In this document: one piece after another, positions 30,936 to 43,237 of the stretch
Layout of the letters: the number at the start of each line of letters is the position of its first letter
Position numbering within the stretch: the stretch's first letter is position 1
Source of the DNA: a virus
Virus record (IMG/VR): IMGVR_UViG_3300026097_000015
Coordinates: 1-64,000 of that record
Direction: 5' to 3' (one strand)
DNA length: 64,000 bases
Position numbers and translations under genes: made by a program
Notes under the pieces: generated by a model
Databases searched by the model: none
What the model saw: the letters and a program-made list of their open reading frames with translations, nothing else
Told to the model about the DNA's origin: nothing

Positions 30936-31663
30936 AGGTATTATTTTTAGATATAGAGACAACGCCTATGCAGGCGTATACCTGGGGACTATGGGATCAA
31001 AACATAGGCATTAACCAGATCATCAAGTCAACGGAAATGATGTGCTTTGGTGCTAGGTGGCTAGGCCAGAAAAAGGTACACTTTAAGTCAGTGCACCATC
31101 ACGGCAAAGAAGAGATGCTAAATCACCTATACGATATGATGGATGAAGCGGACATTCTTGTAGGGTGGAACTCAGCAGCCTTTGATCATAAGCACATCAG
31201 CAGAGAATTTCTGGAGGCTGGTTTTACACCACCCTCACCCACTAAAGACCTAGACTTAATGTCTGTCGTAAAGTCAAACTTTAAGTTTCCTAGTAACAAG
31301 TTAGACTATGTTGCTCAGAGACTGGGAGTAGGAGCCAAGGTTCAGCACTCAGGATTTCAGCTATGGATTGATTGCATGGACGGCAAGTCAAAAGCTTGGG
31401 CAGAAATGAAGAAGTATCAGATACAGGATGTAGACCTCCTGGTGGACCTGTATGACATTTTGCTACCCTGGGCGGATGGTCCTAACCTTCCAGCCTACAA
31501 CATGCTAGAGCAGGCTTGTGTGGCCTGTGGATCCCATAATTTGGAAGAGCGTGGAGTATCTGTAGGGACTACTGGATCTTATCCACGGTACCTATGCTTA
31601 GACTGTGGCAAATGGTCCAGAAGCACTAAGTCAAACTCTACTACCGACATGACTAACGCATAA
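30932..31663 (+). CDS. RNase H-like 3'-5' exonuclease with C-terminal Zn ribbon
   Basis: FLDIET, GWNSAAFD, KLDYV, Y.IQDV and CxxC...CxxC motifs. Confidence 0.85.
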   Translation: MKVLFLDIETTPMQAYTWGLWDQNIGINQIIKSTEMMCFGARWLGQKKVHFKSVHHHGKEEMLNHLYDMMDEADILVGWNSAAFDHKHISREFLEAGFTPPSPTKDLDLMSVVKSNFKFPSNKLDYVAQRLGVGAKVQHSGFQLWIDCMDGKSKAWAEMKKYQIQDVDLLVDLYDILLPWADGPNLPAYNMLEQACVACGSHNLEERGVSVGTTGSYPRYLCLDCGKWSRSTKSNSTTDMTNA

Positions 31664-31682
31664 GGATTCGTGATATAATATT

Positions 31683-32003
31683 ATGGTGGAACAAGAAGTA
31701 CCTAAAGAAACAAATACAATTGAAAAAGTAAATGGACTTTCTGAGATAGCTGAGTTCATGGATGACGAGGAGCTTACCGCTGCTCTTACCATGGTTGCAA
31801 AGCTTATCCTTAAGCCAGATATTCCTCTTAATGTTGCGACTGTTGAGATAGTCAGGCTGCAAGCAATTGCGGCAAAGATGTCCTTCAAAGCAACATGGGC
31901 TGCTAATGTAGAAAAAGGCGATAGGGCTAAAAAGAACATTTATTATACAGCTGCTAGCTCTATCAATGATCTAGTTGCTGCACTAAAATATATCACAAGA
32001 TAA
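31683..32003 (+). CDS. Hypothetical helical protein
   Basis: ORF preceded by TGATATAAT at 31671. Confidence 0.7.
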   Translation: MVEQEVPKETNTIEKVNGLSEIAEFMDDEELTAALTMVAKLILKPDIPLNVATVEIVRLQAIAAKMSFKATWAANVEKGDRAKKNIYYTAASSINDLVAALKYITR

Positions 32004-32007
32004 GGCT

Positions 32008-32805
32008 ATGGCAAAAAATTTACTAAACGAAGTCATGATGAAATCTGCTAAGAGTGTTTCAAAATCATTCTTAGACAAGCAGGAACTCATAGACAAAATC
32101 CAGTATGGATACATCGCAAAGCGTGGTCCAAGACATCAGCAAAAGAAAACTTTTGCACCGTCAACCATTGCCTTTAGTCACGGAGAATGTCCACGATATT
32201 GGTACCTTGCGTTTGAGGGTGGCACTTTTACAGATAATGCTGATGCATATGGCGGTGCGAACATGACTAATGGCACTAAGTCTCACGAGCGTATCCAGCA
32301 AGCTATGGATGACGCAGGAATACTAAAAGACGCAGAGTTTAAAGTTACTTCAGATGATCCACCTATCTTTGGGTATGGAGATGTGATCCTTGATTGGGGT
32401 GGCGAAGACCTGCTTGGCGAGATTAAGACTATGCCGATGGAAGGTTTTGAATATCGTAAACAAAGCGGCAAGCCAAAACCTGGTCACCTAATTCAGTTGC
32501 TTATTTACATGCGTATTCTTAATAAGCAGCGAGCAGTTTTAATTTACGAAAACAAGAACAATCATGATTTGTTAATCATTCCTGTAGAGGCCAATGATTA
32601 TCATAAACAGTGGGTAGCTCAGGCTTTTGATTGGATGAAAACAGTCCGTCAGGCTTGGGAAGAGAAGACGTTGCCTACCAAGAATTACAGGTCTAATTCT
32701 AGAATCTGTAAGACTTGTCCCCTCAGAGCAGTCTGCGATGAAGCGGGTAAAGGTGACATTCAGATCAATTCCCTGGAGCCACTGGATGAAGCAAAAGCAC
32801 TGTGA
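32008..32805 (+). CDS. Cas4-like PD-(D/E)XK exonuclease
   Basis: CPR...GT..H...GD...EIKT...QL..Y and C-terminal CxxCP...C Fe-S cysteines. Confidence 0.85.
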   Translation: MAKNLLNEVMMKSAKSVSKSFLDKQELIDKIQYGYIAKRGPRHQQKKTFAPSTIAFSHGECPRYWYLAFEGGTFTDNADAYGGANMTNGTKSHERIQQAMDDAGILKDAEFKVTSDDPPIFGYGDVILDWGGEDLLGEIKTMPMEGFEYRKQSGKPKPGHLIQLLIYMRILNKQRAVLIYENKNNHDLLIIPVEANDYHKQWVAQAFDWMKTVRQAWEEKTLPTKNYRSNSRICKTCPLRAVCDEAGKGDIQINSLEPLDEAKAL

Positions 32806-33088
32806 ATGGTGTGACAAACCATTTGAAACTAAAATATCTTATCAGATATACTGCTCTCCCGAATGTCGTGAGTTAGCAACTAAGGAAAAGATAGCTGAAA
32901 GATATAACCGCAAAAGGCGTAATAGCCCTAAGCACAAGAATCGTAAATGCAAATCTTGTAAAGCCTCTCTTTCTGTTTACAATGATGGGGAGCTTTGCTC
33001 TCTCTGTATCGTAAATCCTCCAGAAGTATCTAAAACTTTGCGTCAGATAAAAGGACTAGCCAATGGTAAAGATCAGCTCGATAATTGA
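32786..33088 (+). CDS. Cys-rich zinc-finger protein
   Basis: CEWC..YCSPEC..CKSC..CSLC; ATG 32786 after GGAG preferred over 32738. Confidence 0.7.
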   Translation: MKQKHCEWCDKPFETKISYQIYCSPECRELATKEKIAERYNRKRRNSPKHKNRKCKSCKASLSVYNDGELCSLCIVNPPEVSKTLRQIKGLANGKDQLDN

Positions 33089-33647
33089 GGCCACAAGGCC
33101 ACAAAGATTTTGTGCGATAGATGCAAGCACAAACAGTATTGCATTTGCTATATTCAACGGCAAAGAGGTGGAAAAGCACGGCAAGATACTTTTTAAAGGC
33201 AATAACACTTACGACAAGGTAACAGACGCCGCTCGTAAAACATTGGGGGTCATGAAGATCTTTGAAATAAAGCATATAGTGATTGAACACACAGTTTTTA
33301 TGAATAGTCCAAAGACTGCAGCTGACCTAGCCCTGGTACAGGGGGCAGTCCTTGGTGCAGCAGGTAGCGAGGGGGCTAAGATAGAGGGGTCAGTCAGCCC
33401 AATTACTTGGCAGACCTTTATTGGCAACGGCAAGACAGACAAATACGATAAGCAAAAGATTGTGGATGAAAACCCCGACAAATCAAAATCATGGTACAAA
33501 ACCAGAGAGCGTCAACTAAGGAAACAAAAGACTATTAACTTTGTTAATACTTATTATGATAAAAACATTAGCGATGACGATGTGGCTGATGCGGTTGCAA
33601 TCGGACATTACGCAATTCACAACTGGGACAAGATAAGGAAAGGTTGA
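33063..33647 (+). CDS. ruvC: RuvC-like Holliday junction resolvase
   Basis: AIDAST, IVIE and DDVADAVAIG catalytic motifs. Confidence 0.85.
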   Translation: MVKISSIIEATRPQRFCAIDASTNSIAFAIFNGKEVEKHGKILFKGNNTYDKVTDAARKTLGVMKIFEIKHIVIEHTVFMNSPKTAADLALVQGAVLGAAGSEGAKIEGSVSPITWQTFIGNGKTDKYDKQKIVDENPDKSKSWYKTRERQLRKQKTINFVNTYYDKNISDDDVADAVAIGHYAIHNWDKIRKG

Positions 33648-33672
33648 CAGGAAGAGCAATGGGTGCTAAACT
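33644..33672 (+). promoter_or_regulatory. Sigma70/SigA-type promoter
   Basis: TTGACA-17 nt-TAAACT with extended TG. Confidence 0.6.
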
Positions 33673-33814
33673 GTATAAATCAGAAAGTTGGCTAAGGAAG
33701 AGGTATCTTTTGGATAAGAAAACACCACAAGAGATAGCCAAAGAAGCTGGAGCCAGCGTTGAAACTATTTACACATATTTGGCAAAGTTTGGATTAAGGA
33801 AGTCAAGGCGTTGA
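33659..33814 (+). CDS. Small HTH DNA-binding protein (not in the ORF track)
   Basis: MGAKLYKSESWLRKRYLLDKKTPQEIAKEAGASVETIYTYLAKFGLRKSRR*, a classic HTH. Confidence 0.75.
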   Translation: MGAKLYKSESWLRKRYLLDKKTPQEIAKEAGASVETIYTYLAKFGLRKSRR

Positions 33815-33993
33815 GAATAATTAAGCACTTTTGGAAAGTTGGAAAGAACACATTTAAACAACTTACTTGTAAGCACGAGCTTACAGATTCCGCATCTTGC
33901 CCAGTAACTGGGATGACGTATGTTAGATGCACAAATTGTTGGAAAAGAGTAGACGTTCATTTTACGGAATACACCAATGACAACACAGAATGA
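33811..33993 (+). CDS. Small Cys-containing hypothetical protein
   Basis: CKH..CP..CTNC; coupled to both neighbours. Confidence 0.55.
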   Translation: MRIIKHFWKVGKNTFKQLTCKHELTDSASCPVTGMTYVRCTNCWKRVDVHFTEYTNDNTE

Positions 33994-34243
33994 TATAGTA
34001 AAAGTATGCTCTGATATTAGCATAATGCTTCAAGAGAAAAACATAGCTTACGGAGACTCTGCCTTGGATCCAGTTCGCATATTCTCCAAAGCAAGCTCTA
34101 TTGAACAATTGCTTGTCAGAATTGATGATAAGCTTTCTAGATTTGCCAGAGGTTCAGATTACCCAGGAGACAACGACATAGATGACTTAATAGGCTACCT
34201 AGTCCTATTAAAGATTGCAAAGGAGAGACATGGCACGACGTAA
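33977..34243 (+). CDS. DUF1599 / nucleotide-modification-associated (MazG-like fold) protein
   Basis: KNIAYGDS, RIDDKLSR and DLIGYLVL motifs. Confidence 0.7.
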   Translation: MTTQNDIVKVCSDISIMLQEKNIAYGDSALDPVRIFSKASSIEQLLVRIDDKLSRFARGSDYPGDNDIDDLIGYLVLLKIAKERHGTT

Positions 34244-34529
34244 GAAGGTTGTACTTCCAGAGACTAAGTTTAAAAGGGAATATGAGTATAAATTTCCTGA
34301 CTTTAACGACACTTTGTTACCAGGGGATATTTTTAAGGTTCGTGGGGAGTATGGAACAAAGTTTAAGTTTGCTAGTGTAGTTACAAATGACGAGACTGGT
34401 GATCAGTGGATTGACTGCTACGAAGTTTACAGGGGCACAAAAGGATTGCAGGCTGGCGTGCAAAGGTCGTTTAAGTTTGATAGAATTAAACGTATACCTA
34501 GAAAGCGTGTAAAGAAAAATGTCAACTGA
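34230..34529 (+). CDS. Hypothetical protein (SH3-like)
   Basis: PGDIFKVRGEYG..F.F...WIDC; ATG 34230 after AAGGAG. Confidence 0.65.
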   Translation: MARRKKVVLPETKFKREYEYKFPDFNDTLLPGDIFKVRGEYGTKFKFASVVTNDETGDQWIDCYEVYRGTKGLQAGVQRSFKFDRIKRIPRKRVKKNVN

Positions 34530-35061
34530 GGAAGATGTAGTAAAACACTTAGATCAAGTCAATACTGTTGTTGGAGAATATCTAAAGGGCAACGACGCCA
34601 CGACAATCTCTAAAGAGCTCTCTATGCCCCGCAAGAAGGTCGTTTCTTTAATTGATGAGTGGAAGTCAATGGCTTCAGATAATGCAGCAATTCGAGCCAG
34701 GGCCAAAGAGGCTTTGGTTGCCGCAGACACCCATTACAGCAGGCTTATACAAAAGGCATATGAAGTTATTGATGATGCGACTACCCAGGGCAACTTAAAC
34801 GCCAAAAGTGGTGCAATTAAAATTGTTATGGATCTAGAGTCAAGAAGAATAGAGATGCTGCAAAAAGCTGGACTTTTAGAAAACAAAGAGCTTGCCGAAG
34901 AGATGGTAGAAATAGAGGAAAGGCAGCAGGTCTTGATTGGTATTCTAAAAGATGTTGCATCGGAGCACCCAGAAATTCGTGATCAAATTATGCGCAGGCT
35001 TTCAGCCGCTACCAAAAGCGGAGAAGCAGTTACTATTGTTCAAAGCTCGGAGAACGACTAA
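34519..35061 (+). CDS. HTH protein, probable terminase small subunit
   Basis: N-terminal HTH, helical body; coupled to the large terminase. Confidence 0.6.
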   Translation: MSTEEDVVKHLDQVNTVVGEYLKGNDATTISKELSMPRKKVVSLIDEWKSMASDNAAIRARAKEALVAADTHYSRLIQKAYEVIDDATTQGNLNAKSGAIKIVMDLESRRIEMLQKAGLLENKELAEEMVEIEERQQVLIGILKDVASEHPEIRDQIMRRLSAATKSGEAVTIVQSSEND

Positions 35062-36845
35062 TGTTTGATGACTTTTTAGAGGCCTTGCAAGATAATCCAT
35101 TTGAGGAAGAGCCTGTAGATGTTGTTACTTTTGTAGAGTCCGAGGATTATCTGGGACAGCCTCAGCTATCTGAAATACAATATGACATTGTTCGGGCAAT
35201 GAGCCAAATCTATAAAAAAGAAGACCTGGAGTTGCTGCAGGGCGATGAGGGGACTCAGTACTACAAGAAGTATACAAAAAATGAAGTAATCCTTCAGCTA
35301 GGTAAGGGTAGCGGTAAGGACTTTGTAGCCACCGTAGCTGTAGCCTTTATCGTATACAAGTTGCTATGCCTCAAAGATCCATCAAGATATTATGGCAAGC
35401 CATCTGGAGATGCTATTGATATTCTTAACGTAGCCATCAACGCACAGCAGGCAAAGAACGTTTTCTTTAAAGGTTTTAAAAGCAAGATTGAAAGATCTCC
35501 ATGGTTCGCAGGCAAGTATTATGCAAAAATGGATAGCATCGAGTTTGATAAAGCCATTACTGTTTATTCAGGGCACTCAGAAAGAGAGTCTCACGAGGGT
35601 CTAAACCTTCTTGTAGCAGTTTTGGATGAGATATCTGGCTTTTCTACTGAGGTAGGTACAGGCAATGATCAAGGCAAAACAGCTGACAACATCTATAGGG
35701 CGTTCCGTGGAACAGTGGACTCTCGTTTCCCAGATTTAGGAAAAGTTATCATGCTATCATTTCCAAGGTATCAGGGAGACTTTATCTCTGCAAAGTATGA
35801 AGACGCTATCCTTGAAAAAGAAGTAGTTACTAAGACTCATAAATTTGTTTTAAATCCAGACCTTCCAGAAGATATGGAAGGCAATAGCATGCAGATAGAG
35901 TGGGAAGAGGATCACATTATTTCCTACAGATATCCTGGGGTCTATGCCCTTAAAAGACCTACCTGGGAAGTCAATCCCACAAGGAATATAGAAGATTTTA
36001 AGGTTGCTTTTTATACAGACTTGGGCGATGCAATGATGCGTTTCTTGTGTATACCTACTTATTCTTCTGATGCATTTTTCAAGCAAAGAGATAAAGTGCA
36101 AAACTCAATGACTGTTCGTAATCCACTAGATAGCTTTAGAAGGTTTGATGAGTCATTCAAGCCAGATCCAGACAAAAAATACTTTGTTCATGCTGACCTT
36201 GCACAGAAGCACGATAAGTGTGCTGTCGCAATTGCTCACGTAGATAAGTGGGTAAACATTCAAGTAATCAAAGACTATGAGCAGGTGGCCCCTGTAGTTG
36301 TGGTAGATGCCGTTGCTTGGTGGGAGCCAAAAACAGAGGGGCCAGTTGATTTATCAGAAGTAAAGCAATGGATTCAAAACCTCCGTAGGCTTGGGTTTGA
36401 TATTGGGTTGGTTAGCTTTGACCGCTGGCAGTCATTTGATATTCAGAATGAGCTTAAGGCTGTAGGTATGAAAACAGCGACGGTGTCTGTCGCAAAGAAG
36501 CATTACGAGGATATGGCAATGTTAATGTATGAAGAAAGATTGGCTATGCCAATGATTGACTTGCTATTCGAGGAGCTTACTGAGCTTAAGATTATGAAAA
36601 ATAATAGGGTTGACCACCCTCGCAAAAAATCTAAGGACCTGGCAGACGCAGTTTGTGGAGCTGTTTATAATGCTATATCTCATTCAGTTAGAGACACTAA
36701 CTTAGAAATTGACGTACATACTTTTAATTCTAGAGGAAAAAATCAAGATTCTGATGCATATTCTTCAGAAGGTATGATAGACTATAAACCTAAAAAAATA
36801 CCAGATGATGTGCGTGACTACCTAGAACGCTTCAACATGTTGTAG
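35061..36845 (+). CDS. terL: Terminase large subunit
   Basis: Walker A GKGSGKD, Walker B VLDE, nuclease HADLA...D and DHP..KSKDLADA. Confidence 0.92.
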   Translation: MFDDFLEALQDNPFEEEPVDVVTFVESEDYLGQPQLSEIQYDIVRAMSQIYKKEDLELLQGDEGTQYYKKYTKNEVILQLGKGSGKDFVATVAVAFIVYKLLCLKDPSRYYGKPSGDAIDILNVAINAQQAKNVFFKGFKSKIERSPWFAGKYYAKMDSIEFDKAITVYSGHSERESHEGLNLLVAVLDEISGFSTEVGTGNDQGKTADNIYRAFRGTVDSRFPDLGKVIMLSFPRYQGDFISAKYEDAILEKEVVTKTHKFVLNPDLPEDMEGNSMQIEWEEDHIISYRYPGVYALKRPTWEVNPTRNIEDFKVAFYTDLGDAMMRFLCIPTYSSDAFFKQRDKVQNSMTVRNPLDSFRRFDESFKPDPDKKYFVHADLAQKHDKCAVAIAHVDKWVNIQVIKDYEQVAPVVVVDAVAWWEPKTEGPVDLSEVKQWIQNLRRLGFDIGLVSFDRWQSFDIQNELKAVGMKTATVSVAKKHYEDMAMLMYEERLAMPMIDLLFEELTELKIMKNNRVDHPRKKSKDLADAVCGAVYNAISHSVRDTNLEIDVHTFNSRGKNQDSDAYSSEGMIDYKPKKIPDDVRDYLERFNML

Positions 36846-36857
36846 TTAGGACTAAAA

Positions 36858-37266
36858 TTGAGTATAGACATAATCTATTTCTCAAATCACACTGGGAATA
36901 CACACAGATTTGTAGAAAAATTTAGAGAGGCAACAGGTGTTAACGTTACAAGAATTGATATTCGTACTAGTGCTGGTTCCGATTCCGTTCGTGCTAGCAG
37001 TGAGTATATTCTTTTTGTTCCAACTTATGGCGGGGGTAGTGAGAAGTCTGCAATCCCCAGACAGGTTCGATATTTTTTAAACGTTCCTGAAAATAGGGAT
37101 AAACTCCGTGGTGTTGTAGGCTTTGGCAACACCAACTTCGGAGCACATTACTGCAAAGCAGCAGAACTAATATCTGCAAAAACAGGAGTTCCGATTATTG
37201 ATCGTATAGAAATTTTTGGGGCACCTGGAGACATAGAACGATTACAAGGAAGACTAGAGGCCCTAT

Positions 37267-37277
<11 letters not shown>
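36858..37277 (+). CDS. nrdI: Class Ib RNR flavodoxin NrdI
   Basis: [19 protein letters not shown] and GNTNFG..YC motifs. Confidence 0.95.
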
Positions 37278-40361
<3,084 letters not shown>

Positions 40362-40363
40362 CA

Positions 40364-40392
40364 TTGACATCTGAATTAATAAGTTGTACAAT
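40364..40392 (+). promoter_or_regulatory. Promoter of the tRNA cluster
   Basis: TTGACA-17 nt-TACAAT, 10 nt before tRNA-Asn. Confidence 0.75.
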
Positions 40393-40402
40393 GGTATAGT
40401 AG

Positions 40403-40474
40403 TCCCCCTTAGCTCAGCGGCAGAGCAGAGAGCTGTTAACTCTAAGGTCCGTGGTTCGAATCCACGAGGGGGAG
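40403..40474 (+). tRNA. tRNA-Asn (GTT)
   Basis: Acceptor TCCCCCT/AGGGGGA, anticodon loop CTGTTAA, T-loop TTCGAAT; CCA not encoded. Confidence 0.93.
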
Positions 40475-40547
40475 CGGAGACTAAAATCTCCTCTGTACAC
40501 ACTAGCATGACTCATAAGAACCATTCACATAGTCACTGTACAGGTTT

Positions 40548-40618
40548 GCGACTATTGCATAAGGGTAGTGCGTAACCTTGCCAAGGTTAATGTGCGAGTT
40601 CGAGTCTCGCTAGTCGCT
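40548..40618 (+). tRNA. tRNA-Gly (GCC)
   Basis: Acceptor GCGACTA/TAGTCGC, TAACC-TTGCCAA-GGTTA anticodon arm, TTCGAGT T-loop. Confidence 0.93.
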
Positions 40619-40622
40619 CAAA

Positions 40623-40696
40623 GGTCTCGTAGCTCAGTTGGTTAGAGTGCCGCCCTGTCACGGCGGAGGTCGCCAGTTCAAGTCTGGTCGGGATCG
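40623..40696 (+). tRNA. tRNA-Asp (GTC)
   Basis: Acceptor GGTCTCG/CGGGATC, CCGCC-CTGTCAC-GGCGG anticodon arm. Confidence 0.94.
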
Positions 40697-40700
40697 CAGT

Positions 40701-40772
40701 GCCCTCTTAGCTCAGTGGTAGAGCAACGCACTTGTAATGCGTAGGCCATCGGTTCAAATCCGATAGAGGGCT
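40701..40772 (+). tRNA. tRNA-Thr (TGT)
   Basis: Acceptor GCCCTCT/AGAGGGC, ACGCA-CTTGTAA-TGCGT anticodon arm. Confidence 0.94.
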
Positions 40773-40798
40773 CTGATATAATAGTCTTAAGGAGAAAA

Positions 40799-41638
40799 AT
40801 GAGAAGAAGACTTGATTGGAAGCCAAATTTTGATGAGCGTTCCAAGGGATTTGGAGTAGGGAGCCTTGTCTCCCAACAGCCAGTAGACATTACTAAGCCA
40901 ACAATTTGGCAACATGGCACGGTTTTAGATCAAGGTGCCGAGGGTGCCTGCGTGGGTTTTGCATGGACTGGTGCTACAATTGCTAAACCTATGCCCCCAG
41001 AAACACAGCCAGAGTTTGCACAAGGTAATTCATTCGCAATTAATCTTTACAAAGAGGCACAAAAGATAGACCCATGGCCAGGGGAAAACTATAGCGGAAC
41101 ATCTGTTCTTGCAGGTGCAAAGATTGCTAAAGAAAAAGGAATCATTGATGAATATCGATGGTGTTTTAGTATAGAAGAGTTAAGAGACGCAGTGATTAAT
41201 GTCGGCCCAGTCGTAATTGGGGTCAATTGGTACAAAGATATGTATTCCACTGATAACAACGGAATCGTTAAGGTTGCAGGAGATCACGTAGGTGGTCATG
41301 CAATTATGGTTACTGGCTTTATTCCAGATTATAATGTAAATAACTTGTCTACACCAGTTTTTGAGTGGGTAAATTCCTGGGGACCTGGATATGGCAAGGG
41401 TGGTAGGGGATACATAACCTACAAGGATATGGAAAGACTAATAGAAGAACGTGCAGAGATGTGCGTTCCTATTAAAAAGAATACTCCAGTATTGTTTGGA
41501 ACAAACCCAGAGCCAAAAAAGGAACCAAAAAAAGAAAAACAGGATACAAAGCCAATCCAGGTAAATCCTAGCCAGATCAATCACTTGATTGCTGGTTTGA
41601 TTAGAATCATTCAAAACATATTCAAAGGTAAGAGTTAA
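40799..41638 (+). CDS. Papain-like (C1) cysteine peptidase
   Basis: DQGAEGACVGFA (Gln/Cys), GGHAI (His) and NSWG..YG..G (Asn) motifs. Confidence 0.88.
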   Translation: MRRRLDWKPNFDERSKGFGVGSLVSQQPVDITKPTIWQHGTVLDQGAEGACVGFAWTGATIAKPMPPETQPEFAQGNSFAINLYKEAQKIDPWPGENYSGTSVLAGAKIAKEKGIIDEYRWCFSIEELRDAVINVGPVVIGVNWYKDMYSTDNNGIVKVAGDHVGGHAIMVTGFIPDYNVNNLSTPVFEWVNSWGPGYGKGGRGYITYKDMERLIEERAEMCVPIKKNTPVLFGTNPEPKKEPKKEKQDTKPIQVNPSQINHLIAGLIRIIQNIFKGKS

Positions 41639-42615
41639 TGTCAATTATTTATCCAATAAAGGGTAGTCTTAACCGAAGCTTTAAGATTACGTCCCCTTTC
41701 GGACCAAGAGTTCATCCCATTTCAGGAAAACGCAGTAATCATAACGGCGTTGATCTAATCAGAAAAGACGGGAAACCTAACGAGCCTATCCTTGCACCAG
41801 AGGCTGGAAAAATTTTAACTGCACGTAAGTCAAACCACCCTACAGGCGGGTACGGATACTACGTAAAGATGCAGGGTAAGAGTGGGGTTGTTCATCTTAT
41901 GGCACATCTGGTAAAAGGTAGCCTACGGATAAAGAGCGGAGATGTAGTAGAGCAGGGAGATGTCCTCGGATTGATGGGAACTACTGGCAATTCTACTGGA
42001 GTTCACTTGCATTGGGAAGTAAGGATAAACGGTAAGTTCGTAGACCCAATTAAATGGATTCAAAATAATGGAGAGCCAGACCTTCCTAACGATTTTGCTG
42101 CCTGGACCAAAAAGCAGGGAGACAAGTCGGCATCTGTTCATATCAAAAATGCACCCAAAGGCTCTAAGGTTGTGGTCAAACATAATGAGGTTACCGTATT
42201 TCTTAAAACTGTTAGACTTAAAAAGCATTCTGGTTTGGGGACAAGCATTGATCTTCAACAAGGCAAGAACGTTATAGAAATTTTTGTAGATGGTTTTAGA
42301 GTAAAAAGAACTGCTTACACACGAAAATCAAATTCAGGGGGTACTATCATACCACCTAAAGATGACAAAGGCTCCAAGGATGTAGTCTGGGAGCCTGCAA
42401 CACCTGAATACAGGCACGATAAGATGGAAAGAGAGGGGCAGCTTCCTAAGGTTAGGAATAGGTCCGATAAAACTCATATCGTTAAGTCAGGAGAAAACTT
42501 AACATCTATTGCAAAACAATACAATTCTACTGTGCCTAAAATAAAAAAGCATAACAATATAAAGAATGCCAATTTAATTAGAATTGGTCAAATCATCAAG
42601 ATACCACAGGAGTAA
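41638..42615 (+). CDS. Endolysin: M23 peptidase + LysM
   Basis: HNGVD and STGVHLHWEV M23 motifs; C-terminal HIVKSGENLTSIA...NLIRIGQIIKIP LysM. Confidence 0.9.
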   Translation: MSIIYPIKGSLNRSFKITSPFGPRVHPISGKRSNHNGVDLIRKDGKPNEPILAPEAGKILTARKSNHPTGGYGYYVKMQGKSGVVHLMAHLVKGSLRIKSGDVVEQGDVLGLMGTTGNSTGVHLHWEVRINGKFVDPIKWIQNNGEPDLPNDFAAWTKKQGDKSASVHIKNAPKGSKVVVKHNEVTVFLKTVRLKKHSGLGTSIDLQQGKNVIEIFVDGFRVKRTAYTRKSNSGGTIIPPKDDKGSKDVVWEPATPEYRHDKMEREGQLPKVRNRSDKTHIVKSGENLTSIAKQYNSTVPKIKKHNNIKNANLIRIGQIIKIPQE

Positions 42616-42618
42616 ACG

Positions 42619-42972
42619 ATGGCTAGAAAAAGAAAAAATGAACTACAGAAATGGCTAGGCAAATTAAAGGTAGACATAAAGAAACCTTTTGACTGGCTTT
42701 TCTTTATGGGTGGCGAGAAGATCCCCGAGGATAGCCCAGGCCCTTCCTGGAAGTTCCGCAGAAAGCTAATCTTTGGTGCGTACAGACTAAGTGTAGCTAT
42801 GATTATCTTTGGAGCTGTAACATTTTTCTACGATACTAATGTATCAAACAACTTAGTAACTGGTGGAATTGCCATACTGACAATTATTATTGGTGCATAC
42901 ACCGCAACTGCCACATGGCAGGACATTAAGATGTATAATAGTAATAAAGATTCATATGAAAATATGGAATAA
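42619..42972 (+). CDS. Two-TM membrane protein in the lysis cassette
   Basis: SWKFRRKLIF followed by two hydrophobic helices. Confidence 0.7.
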   Translation: MARKRKNELQKWLGKLKVDIKKPFDWLFFMGGEKIPEDSPGPSWKFRRKLIFGAYRLSVAMIIFGAVTFFYDTNVSNNLVTGGIAILTIIIGAYTATATWQDIKMYNSNKDSYENME

Positions 42973-42991
42973 ATAAAATAAGGAGACATAT

Positions 42992-43237
42992 ATGTTATCA
43001 AGTCCGAAATGGTGGGGTCTGGCACTAGAGCGTGCAATCCGTACCCTGGCACAAACAGCAATTGCTACCATTACAGCAGGAACAGCTGTAGGAGCTCTAC
43101 AGGTAGATTGGGTTAATGTTGCTAGCGTAGCTGGTTTAGCAGGTATCCTTTCTATCCTTACTTCAATTGCATTCCCCTCAAAGGAAATGAAAGAAGTCAA
43201 GATTGAAGCAGCAAAGCTGGAGGCTGAAAAGAAGTAA
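42992..43237 (+). CDS. Holin (r1t family)
   Basis: ERAIRTLAQTA...VDW....A.L..ILSILTSIA. Confidence 0.88.
   Translation: MLSSPKWWGLALERAIRTLAQTAIATITAGTAVGALQVDWVNVASVAGLAGILSILTSIAFPSKEMKEVKIEAAKLEAEKK

Noticed and set aside
32008-32805. Cas4-like nuclease as part of a CRISPR system
   Set aside because: No cas1/cas2 and no repeat-spacer array; stand-alone Cas4-like nucleases are usual in phage recombination modules.
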